Both the position numbers and the translations under genes were made by a program. The notes under the pieces were generated by a model, which ran no database searches, was not told the origin of the DNA, and saw nothing but the letters and a program-made list of their open reading frames with translations. 64,000 bases of DNA from Macrostomum lignano (taxonomy: Eukaryota): contig NIVC01000109.1 in assembly GCA_002269645.1 (NCBI GenBank), forward strand, positions 483,670 through 547,669, in the 5' to 3' direction. Position 1 is the first letter of the stretch. Each line of letters starts with the position of its first letter. Below, piece after piece: positions 1-10,723 of this stretch.

Positions 1-3000
1 CACAAATGGTTGCACTGTCAATTCCTCAGAAGATCCTAAGCAAGGAAATAACCGAGTGCCTGTCGATTGTACAGAAATTTATACGAAAATTAGAAGATTC
101 AAGTACGCAACGAGTCTGAGAGACGTGCGACGATTTTGTGAATTTTTACAAGTTTTTTATAGATTACTTCAAGAAGAAGGTAGCTCTTGCGGATCCAAAA
201 TCGACAGAAAATCCGAGCAAGAAGGCATTCCTATTTTCTCTTTACATTTGCTATTACGTTAGAATTGCAGATTTAAACGATCGCAATGAATTTGCTGAGA
301 AAATATGCGGCTTTTTCGATAAAACTGCAGTGCAGATCCAAGACGATTTCATAAAGGAAGAGCTTGACGTTCTCAAGCGAATGCGTGTTCCACGTAAAAC
401 GGCTAGAAATCTTGCCCTTCGAGAGAACGCATTTATTCTTTTCTGCTGTATTTACTGTCAAGTTCCTGTGCTTTTAGTAGGAAAGCCTGGCTGTTCTAAA
501 TCGCTGGCGGTAAATCTGATTCGTAGCAACCTTCGTGGTAAAGATTCAGAAGATCCTTTGTTTCGCCAATACCCATCGCTACGCTTTTTCAGCTATCAAG
601 GATCAGAGGCTTCAACTTCAGAGGGTATTCGTCGAATTTTCTGTAAAGCTGAGAACAGCATCGACGCATGTAAGGCTGAAGATTCAAAGCCTATAGTTCT
701 TATTGATGAAATCGGGTTAGCAGAAAAGTCACGATACAACCCTCTTAAAGTTTTGCACAGTCTTCTTGAGCCTGAGTCTTCACTAGACTGCAAAAGTCGC
801 GTTTCTGTTGTTGGAATTTCAAATTGGGCTCTTGACCCTGCAAAGATGAACCGAGCTATTCATATTTCGCGACCTGACATGAATGAGGATGAACTGTGCG
901 AGACAGGAAAGGCTATCTGTGCATCTGACGGAAGCAAATCTGAAAAGTTAATTTCGGATGAAGTACTCAATAGCGTTGCAGTCGCGTGTCATCGCTATTT
1001 TAAAGACCAGCCGTTTGAAAACTTTCACGGCCTTCGAGACTTTTACTATCTGTTAAAGTTCATTTGCGATCGAAAATCGGATAGTGACAATCAGATTTCG
1101 TCTATTAAAGAGGGCCTTTTAAGAAATTTTAATGGAGACAAGCCATCCCGAAAACAAGTTATGAGACATTTCGAGGATGCATTTCCTGGTCTAAAAAATG
1201 CGGAGATTTTAGATCATTCCATGTCAAGCGAGTCTGTGACTGAAGCACTAATAAACAGAAACTTACGCGATTCTCAAGCAAGACATCTTATGTTGATATA
1301 TGAGAGCGAAGGCTGCCTTGATCTTCTGTGTTTTATGCTTTCCCAAAACCATCGAACGTTTAAAGTCATGTACGGCAGTCAATACGAAAAAGACCAACAT
1401 TCGGAAGAGTTTACGTACAGAAAGCTAAACGAAGTGATGATGTGCATGGAAACTGGAATGGTTTTGATTCTAAAAGACTTTGATTTGATCTACGGCAGTC
1501 TGTACGACATGCTGAACCAAAACTACTCGGAATATGCTGGCAGAAAGTACTGTCGAATCGCAATGGGCGTTCAAGCCAATCAGAATTGTGTTGTCCATAG
1601 AGACTTTCGCTGTGTTGTACTGGTGAGCAAGAAGGAAGTTCGGAGACTAGACCCGCCGTTTTTGAATCGGTTCGAGAAACAAGTATTTGATTTCGAAGAT
1701 AAAATATGCAGCATGAGGCTAGAAAAAGCGAGAAACAGTCTCTCATCTTTGATGGATAATCTCTGTCGTGTTGTTTCTGATGATGTGGTCAGGACATTCA
1801 AAAGAACTGAAGTATTTCAAGGATACACTCCCGATCTCGTTGCCAGCTACCTGATCAAAACTGGTCGATCAGATTTGGAAGATCACCAAGCAATCCGAGA
1901 AATTCTTCCTCTGCTATCTCGTCACATGTTTCCTGATGCAGTTCTTCGGACAACGTGTTCCAAGTTTGAGCACAGCCGACAATATCAGCAAGAATATTTT
2001 GCTACATCTGGATTGATGACGGACCTTGGCACTGTCATGCGCCATGTTGCTAGCTCAGAAGAGTTAATTCAGAAGGTATTTGTGTACACAAAATTTTCGC
2101 TGTATCTGGACATTGTTAAGCCACTGCAAGGCCTTGAATCTCACTCTGTGAAAGAAATTCGCCTGATGGATTTTAGTCGAGAGATTGACCTACTGGACAG
2201 CATCGTTCCTTTCTTTAAAGAGAACAAATCTGATGGAATCCTTTTAGTTCGCATCAAACCTTCGATTGATGAGCGCTACATCCTTCATGTTCGGTGCATT
2301 GTTGACGGACTGTGCCAAAGATACAGCGAAGAGGTTTCGGTTAAGAAAAGCATTGTCTTTATAATTCATGTCCAGCATGAGGACCTCGACGCGCAAAACT
2401 ACTCTTGGAATTGGAGTCCTCTAATAGACTGGAAAGCGTATTTTACAGAATCGCTCAATCCAGAATCTGACGTCTGTCTTTCTGAACTGGTTTTGAGCGA
2501 CTGTGCGAGTTTGATATTTGAAAATCCAGAATTGATTGAGGGCTTGCACAAGAGTGTAGTCACCAGCGCCTTTACAGATGCCATTCGTAGTCCGGAAATG
2601 CTCGACAAAGCAGTTAAATTTTTCAGTCGCTCTACTGAACTAGAAAAGCAGATCAGTTGTTTTATTGTGGAAGAAATGCTGACAAAATCATCAAAGAATG
2701 TACAGCCATTCTCGACGGATCACTGGCTTGTTAAACTCGCACTTGAGACAACGCAACTTGCCAATTTTCTATCTTTTTCAACATTTGTTATGCACGGTGT
2801 AAAAAGCAGCTACAAAGAGAGCCTAATAAAAGTCTTGAGAGCAATGAGTGAATTCGGCATTTTTACCGACGATCTAAGTGACTCCGATTTAATCTTAAAG
2901 GCTCTTCCTGTCATTTTGCAATATGTGCTTCAGAAAGCTTCGTCAGACAGATTTTCGCGTGTACGCGGTCTTCGAAATTTGTCACTTCCGTTTAGCACAT

Positions 3001-6000
3001 TTTTGTTTTGCATCGCATATGATGCCTTTTGCCGCCATTTAAACGACAGAAACACTTTTGTAACTGAGATCGAGAACCTTCTCAAGCAGTTTCTTGAAGA
3101 GTCGGAGTTGTCATCTTCGGACAGTTTACTAGGTACCGATCTGTGGAAACTTATAACGACTGCTTTCTGTGGTCGCGATCGCAGTGAGAATTTGCGCATT
3201 GTGTTACACAAACAGATTGACCAGAGCTCTCAACTTATGGAGGCAGTTTTTAATGTTCTGACACACTTCAAACAGCATGAAAAAGATCTTGCAGACCTAC
3301 TTAACGTTCATCATCACATGAGTAAATTGGTCTCCGGTGTTGCTGATTATGTCGTAAAAGAAAGCTTTGTTGATGGCAACGAGTTTTCAACCACGCTTAA
3401 CAATCTTCTAAATTTATTGCTACCAACCGAAGAAAATTTAAGAAACTTGAACATCAAGGAATTTAATGATTGGCGCAGAGTGACTGTTAGCTTTCTCGGC
3501 ATGCTGAGAGCCCGCAGTGGACTGGAATGTGTGGCTGAATTGGAGGGCATGCTCAAATTTTGCGACTTTTTTCTGGAGCAGAATGGCGACATTGAAATGT
3601 CAAATGTGTTCACTGACCTAAAAGAACGAGGCCTTTTGACTTCTGAAGACAACTCCACACAGCTTCTGCAATGGAGAGCGTTTGCAAATGCGCTGACTGA
3701 AGGTGAAGACTGTAGCGATCGGTTGATTTCTGCTGAGATTAGCTTTTATTATGCTGTTTTAAGTGGTACTAAGTTGAGTGAAAACCTGCTAGAAGACGTT
3801 GTTAAGAAAATATTTGATAGCATTTTGCCTGTCGGATTTGTTGCTATTCTATGGAGCAAAATTAAGTACGAATCCAAGGAGCTGCTGCCCTGCTTCGGGG
3901 AGCTGATGGAGGGCTGCAAGTCATTGGAAAAGCGATGCAGCATTTATTCAATTATCGCCACTTTTCTTACCACCGAAGAACAAGTAGACGTAGAAAGTTT
4001 AATGGAAACAATAGACTTTATGCGCTCTCAGCTGAATAAATCGCTAGCTATCAGTTTGGCTGAAATGGTTGATATTTCTGACATTTTTAGTTACTTTGAG
4101 GAATCTATTCAAAACTGCACAATCACTCACAATGATTTGGTTTGTTTTGGAGACCATCGAGATGATATGCTTGCTATGATTAACAAGCTGGTCCAAACAA
4201 GCGTCGTGCATCCTCTTTGGTTATCTTTTTTGCGATTTCTTAGACGCCGTTTTTCACTGTCTGAGATGGAAACATTCCTGAAGTTTGATCGTGTTACCTC
4301 CGTTGTCAGCAGCTTGTTCAGAGAAGATTTTCTAAAGTTTGGGCGTGGCTCGGAGTTCATCGCAGCCTATCCTCTTCGTTTTCCGTTTGCTATCTGTCTA
4401 AGCACTGATGTGTTTCAGCAAGCTCTGTTTGCTTATCAACAGGGTATGGTAATCAAGGATTGGAATGAGTTTCAGAAGTTGCGGCAGCGGTTAATAAGCT
4501 TAAAAAATGACGTACCAACTTTGCGGGGTGTTCTGACCGACTGTATCAGCGCCTACGTAGAAATGGTTGGTCTAAGAAAGGCACTTAGCAATTTCAAAGT
4601 ACAAGAGAAACAAGTAACCCGCGAGGTTTTGGGCCTTGTGAATTTAACACCGGCCTCATCAAGCTGTCCAGCAATTGTTCGACTTTTGTGTGGTGAAGTC
4701 GAGAGCAAATTCAGTTGCTTCAATCTCACAGCCCAATGCAACAATGAAAGTGTGTGCTTAGCTACTCTCTACTATGCAGGACTTCTTGTGTGCTTACCGA
4801 GTGAATTCAAAGAAGGCAGTCTACTGCACGAGCTGGGAAAGATGACTGTAACAAATGCCAGCACTAAGCTTGTTGAGCATTTTGCATCGCGCGAAAACGA
4901 CAATAGACAGATTCCAATTCATGTCAGAACATGCTCGTGTTATAATGTGACTATCAGCTCCGAGAATGATGAGAATCCGAATTCTATGTATCCGTGTCAA
5001 TTTTGTCAGTCGGAGTGGACGCAGGACTTGTCTTCAAAGATGGTAGAGTTTTCTGAGGAGTTCCTGACCGTCGTAGTGCCCTTGGTATCAGAGTTCATAT
5101 GCATTGTAATGAAGGCTGTGCTGCTTGATATCGAGCGTGTGAAATCTTCGTCCTCTCCTGCCAGTGGCGATCTAAAGATTGAGGAAAAGTTCAGACAATT
5201 ACAAAACATTCTGCACCTGTCAAATGAGGAGACAACCTGGTTGTTACATTCGATCATGGAAAACAAAGAGGAATTGTTCTTCAAAGTGCCGCAGTCTGAT
5301 AGCAGTGAATTGTTCGAGAATATGGCTTTCTTTGTAGGAAAGCACGTGCTGAAGGCAATGCATAGTATCCGCGAGTTCAAGCACCGTAGGATGACTGAGC
5401 GTCGGGTTGTTGAGAACTTTGCACTGGCTTGTCTTGTTGACAACGTTGATCTGTCAGACGACCAGCTGCCAAGTGAGCTGATGCCACCAGGTCGTTCGAA
5501 GGAGGATGTAAAGGCGATCGCAGCCAATCCGCTTTTCTTCCCAAAGCGCCAAGTGACATTTGATGATGCTTGCATGCTCTTTGACTGCCAGCTTGCTGAG
5601 GGCGAGCGACGTCCACTGATGCATTTGATTTTACGATTTTCCGACAAGCTCGTCGGAATGCGACACGCTTCGAAGCTTGTGCATTGGCATCAGACAGTAC
5701 TCAAAAAGTCAGAGAACGTATTGAGCCAAGAAGAGCTTGAAGCAATGCGAATTGATGATTTTATTCGGCGATTCCGCAACTCAGACATTCTGGAATCGGC
5801 GGCAACTGCTTATAGAGCGCTGAGGCCTTCAGCAGATGCAAGCCCTGACAACCCGTTTGACAAAACTCGCTCGCTGCTCAGCAGCCTCTTGACTGACAGA
5901 ACTGAGGTCACCAAAGTCTTGAAGGAAGCTGTGGATGGTGTCAATGAGTTCTTTGAACATGTTGCCGTGCTGTGCATCGAGGAGAAGCATCTCCCAGAGC

Positions 6001-6884
6001 TGCTCGGCGATGATGGCTCGTGTGTGCTGCCTCTGTGCGACGTAGTGACTCGGCCAGACAGCGTTCCCAGTTGCTCGAAAGAAGAGCTGGATGAGCTCGT
6101 GCGAGTTCTGGCCAGCTGTCCTGGAGGCGGTGACCCCAGCGTCCACTGGGAGCTGCTGGAGGCCGCTCTGGCGAAGCGGCTTCTTGCTAGCAAAGGATTC
6201 GGCTGCGTGGAGCCGTGGGAGGGTCGTCTGAAAGGTGCCACCGAGAGAGACCTGGGCACCCTGGTGTCCGCATTTAGACAGATGTGCCAGTGTGAGCGGC
6301 TGTCCGAGGCAGAGCTGGCTGCGTTCCAGCGTCGGCAGAAGGAGGACTCGAGTCGGGCAGCCCGCACGGCCGCGCTGTGCCGCACGCTGCTCGGCTTCTG
6401 CCATCGAATTGGCGTGCCAAGTGGCGCCTGCACCGTCGCCGAGTTTCTGCAGCAGCACGCGGGCTCGCTGGCTGGAGGCGCTGCGCTGGCCGAGGCAGAG
6501 GCGGAAGGCGCGGGCGGCCTCGCGCTGTCAAAAGTGCCAGCGCTGCTGGAGGCTGCAGAGCAGGAGCAGTTCAGCGTTATCTTCGCCGACCTGCAGCGGC
6601 GTTTCGGCGGCCACGAGGAAGCGGCGGAGCGGGTGGCGGCCTCCGTGCACGAGGGCGACAAGCCGGCGCTGCTGGCGCTTCTGAAGAGCGCCTGCGTCCG
6701 GCTGCTGATGGCCGACAGCACCCAGTGCGGCCTCACCATGGCCGACCTGCTGGCCGACGCCTCGCTGCTGCCTGTGGGCGCTCCGGAGCTGCGGCTTCGC
6801 AGCGACCCGGCGTTGGACAAACCGGCTATGGAGCTGCTGTTCCCGCTGGCCCACTGCCTGCACAGGAGCGTGAGTGCTGCTTGA
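1..6884 (+). CDS. RNF213: RNF213/mysterin-like giant AAA+ ATPase, 3' part (5' end outside window); end of AAA3, AAA4-AAA6, E3-module region, C-terminal domain
   Basis: ORF 138-6884 (2248 aa, uninterrupted). Walker A VGKPGCSKS (nt ~477-503), Walker B LIDEIGLAE (~699-725), VGISNWALDPAKMNRA, FHGLRDFYYL, LILKDFDLIYGSLYDMLNQNY and LDPPFLNRFEKQ all match RNF213 AAA4/AAA6 signatures as I recall them. RPLMHLIL...HQTVLKK resembles the RNF213 C-terminal domain. Homology continues upstream of 138 (EITECLSIVQKFIRKLED, SLRDVRRF) across two compensating 1-nt frameshifts. Confidence 0.93.
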
Positions 6885-6925
<41 letters not shown>

Positions 6926-6977
6926 GTCTGTCTGTCTGTCTGTCTGTTTGTCTGCCTGTCTGTCTGTCTGTCTGTCT
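6885..6977. repeat. (TCTG)n microsatellite immediately after the RNF213-like stop codon
   Basis: Direct tetranucleotide repeat visible in the sequence. Confidence 0.95.
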
Positions 6978-8693
6978 AGCTATTGAGTTCACACTCTCCG
7001 CCATCAAATTTCACTGCAGGAGCAAAACAAGACCAAAGGACAGCGCAAGTTTCAGAAGCTGCTTAACCGGATGTGAGCAACAGTCATTGCAAGCCTGCAA
7101 TGCACGCTCTATTAATAAACTATGCACTAAAATCGTTTATTTTCGATTTACTTCACGTTGCGTTCCGTACTACTTATATCCTATTGTTTTTGTGTAAGTT
7201 TTGCCAGTGCAAGAAAGACACGATTAACATAATTTCAAGAATATTTATAACAAAAAAACAATTTATTAAGAACCTTGAAAAACATTTAAATTAAAAGTCT
7301 TTGTTTCTTTCTGGCCTGGCTAAACACGTTTCGTATATTTATTTTTAAAAATTCATTTTTTGTTCTTCAAATTCCATACTTTAGTACTTCTAAATAGTAG
7401 TTTAAATCGAATATATCACCAAGCTACCCAATTCTAATAATATCCTTAGGTATTTTATTATAACCAACGCACTGATACGTATATATCTAGCTAGAGGAGG
7501 GGAGAGAGGAGAGGGAATAGATATGAGAAATAGAAGAAGAGAGAGGAGGGAGCGAAAAAGAGAATGTAGAGGAAAAAAAGAGATAAGAAGAGAGGAGAGA
7601 GTTGAGGATATGAGGAGAGGAGAGGAGATAAGAAGAAGTGAGAGAAGAGACACAAACCTTGAGCGGGCCGGATTGCTATTGTGAGTTTTCAAAGGACCCG
7701 AAGGCCCGAGATTGAGGCTTTTGCCCACCCCTTCTCGACAGCCTATCGAAATAAATTCAAGCCTAGCAATCTGTTTTTATGTATGTCTAGAATCCTCAAT
7801 TGTTTGTTAATTGATCGCTTAAGCTAACAAATTTAAATTAAAAAACAAATATAATTTACTTTTTTCCCTCGGTGATTTGCTACACTTATTATTATTTTTC
7901 TATCATTCACTAAAATGAAGTCTAATATATATTTCATAATATTAAATACACGAACACATATTCTAGCTAGTAGCCTTGTACTCTGAGATTCATGCGCCCT
8001 AGTTTTTTCTCTGTTTAAATAAAAAATAAACCTGTTTACTCCAGTCCTACCGGTCATTTTCCCGTCATTTTCATAACTACGCGTCTTTGGATTTAGTTGA
8101 TTTTTATAACTAAAACTATTATGCTAGTTTCAATTAGAAGTATTATAAAATGTCTAAGAATTGCTCAAAGCTCTGACTACTTACTCTAGTATATAGTAAA
8201 TACGTAGTGAAGATGCTTGCGATTACGCGAAAAATGAGTTGATGACATGAGACAGGTGCTTTCGCTGTGAGTTGGCAAGTGCATGTGGGGATGTGGGGAT
8301 TTTCGTTTGCATAGAAAGAGTATAGCTCAATCAGTTGTAACACAAAAATTCTCACCTCTATGCATTCAGACTGTTAACTTAGTTTCTTATTATTAAAGAC
8401 CAAGCAAAAAATCCTTAATGTTCTGGATGGTCCATAAAATGTTTTCTGTTTTTAGCATCTAGCTAGCTAGCTACTTTTGGGCATAGAGCGCGAATTACCC
8501 TCGAATTTTGCTACGACGCATCAGATCTGTCGCGTCGGTTTTGACCTCAAAATCAACGCCCAAATTATCACTTTTGCCGTGTTTTGCGAAGCGGTGGGCA
8601 TGCCATTTTTACTTTTTATTTGTAACTAACTCAAGAAAGTAAGCTATAGGCAACTCAATTTTCAGGCTATGTGGATCGATGAGCCAAATGAGT

Positions 8694-9850
8694 TTTTATT
8701 TACAGAAAAATATAGCATTTTCCAAGCCAATTGAGCCTTGGAGCAAGCAATTTAATCCTTATTGGGAGAAACAAGCTATGGAAGACTTGTTTTTCATTGT
8801 CTATGGCCCAAAAAGGGGTCTATGCAGCAACCAATTTGAGAATCTGGGCGCGCAATTAATCCTTTTCACAGTGCTCGCATATCCTTCACTAATAACTTCA
8901 CAGAAATAACGTCTGCAAATAGATGGCATATCAAAAAACGATGTATCCCCCTTTTGCCCCGGGCGAGTGTCTATGTGACGCATGTTTTCATTTATTTCCC
9001 TAGGTGAATAAATCATTTATTTCCCGCTGCCCCGCGGGCTGATAAATTCGAGACAACAACCATAGACAAACAGCTAGCAGCCAACATACCGAACGGGGGA
9101 TACATATCATATTCCCCACTCATTTAGCTGTCTAGGGCCAAAAGCACTCGGTGTCTCGATCATTGACCTCGGCTTCGCCTCGGTCAATAAACGAGACACC
9201 TCTTGCTTTTGCCCGCTAGACAACAAAATAAATGGGGAATATATACCATTGATTTCACTTTGATTTCAGAGAAACCAATCAAAACAGGCAAAGGCAAAAC
9301 CATGGCATACAGTATAAGCCGAGAACCATCGTGTCTCTCAAAACAGTGTTGGGCAGATTTAAATCAAACCCGATCAATGTTCAGAGAATTTCTTCCTCGT
9401 TTAAGCAGTGCGTGATGAAGCAAAGCATCTGTTTTTCTCTTTACGTCCAGCCATGGCGAAATGTGCTCAGCACTATCACCTCTCTCGATGGCAGCGACAA
9501 TCAGGTCGTACTTTTCGTTGCTTATCTTGCAATAGGGTTCTCGCCCTGGAGGATTCTGCTCATCCACTGCATATTGGGCTGTAGCAAAACTTTCGTTACT
9601 GCTCTGCTAGCTAAATTCTTCGTCTGCCATATCTATGTTTGTCTAATGAAATCTGTTATTTTCTATGGTCTAAGGCTTGCACAACTGTGGAAAAGCGCGC
9701 CCAAATTCTCAAATTGGTTGCTCCATAGACCCCCCTTCGGACCATAGACAATGAAAAGCAAGTCTTAATAGCTTGATTTTCCCACTAAGGACTAAATTGC
9801 TTGCTCCTGGGCTCAATTGGCTTGGGAAATGCTATGCTGTATTTAAAAAC
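8694..9850. mobile_element. Non-autonomous DNA element with ~155-bp imperfect inverted repeats (8694-8851 and 9695-9850)
   Basis: ccaatttgagaatctgggcgcgc vs gcgcgcccaaattctcaaattgg; ccaagccaattgagcc vs ggctcaattggcttgg; no coding capacity; TSD not identified. Confidence 0.6.
9109..9242. repeat. ~134-bp imperfect palindrome (hairpin/MITE-like) with central ctcggcttcgcctcgg
   Basis: Paired arms atattcccc/ggggaatat, tgtctag/ctagaca, caaaagc/gcttttg, ggtgtctcg/cgagacacc, attgacc/ggtcaat. Confidence 0.75.
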
Positions 9851-9946
9851 ACATTAATAAAACAACACTTCATTTAATGACATATGATGTCAATTAAGTT
9901 CAAATTTTCAGCGCTATTATGGCTTTCACTCGTTATACCGAAGGCG

Positions 9947-10045
9947 GGGTTGTAGCTTAGTGGTCAGAGCGTCGGACTTACGACTAAGGTTGGGGGTTCG
10001 ATTCTCGACCCACTCGGAACAATTTGTGGCCTTGAGCAGTTAATT
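9947..10045 (+). mobile_element. tRNA-derived SINE head or tRNA pseudogene (TAC anticodon-like loop)
   Basis: A-box TAGCTTAGTGG, B-box GGTTCGATTC, acceptor-like stem GGGTTG/CGACCC; only 66 nt with a non-pairing anticodon stem; followed by a SINE-body-like tgtggccttgagcag. Confidence 0.55.
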
Positions 10046-10723
10046 CAAACTCTTGAGACCATAGAAATGGATCGTTTTTGCATGCCTACTGTTCCACCAC
10101 ATGGCACGACAAGAAAACCAGTAACTATCATAACGGGATTGATCCATTTAGTGTTGATAGTATTTGTCTAATAAACTGCTTGGGCGCACAGAATTTCAAA
10201 TATCTCGCCTTCTGGACTTGCGAATTCTAAATAAAGCGAGTATCTGTCGTGTACGTGTTTTCTTAGCGGGTTTTTTTTCCCAAAAATTTGCTTTTTTGCA
10301 CAGCGCTGAATAGACAAGTTCGATATTGAAAAGTACATTAAAAAGACAGGAACAGCTGGAATTTTAGCCGTAATTTTAGCTTGGTTTTTGTGTCACAGGT
10401 AGCATTTTATGAGAAAATAAATCGCTTGATAAACTTGTCAGTTCCCTCTCTGACAAAACTCCTACTTCATATGCAATTGGGAAGTCCAGAAGGTGAGATA
10501 TTTCGAATTTAGTGCTAAAAACGGAAAACTTCCTGTACTTGCAGAAGTATGGTATTCAGCTTAGAAGTCAGAAACTACTGTAAGCTACTTAGTAAGTAGT
10601 ATGTATACATAATCTGAGCATTTTTTAGAAACTCGTGTACCGTTTTAAAACTTGTTTGTTTCGAGTTTTAATTAACTTTATGGTAATGCATGCCAGTGCT
10701 ACTATTATACACATTAGCAGACC

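Noticed and set aside
5006-6979. Long overlapping ORFs (e.g. 5810-6820, 336 aa)
   Set aside because: Shadows of the GC-rich 3' end of the RNF213-like CDS with no recognisable motifs.
9947-10012. Functional tRNA-Val(TAC) gene
   Set aside because: Too short, the anticodon stem does not pair, and it runs into SINE-like body sequence.
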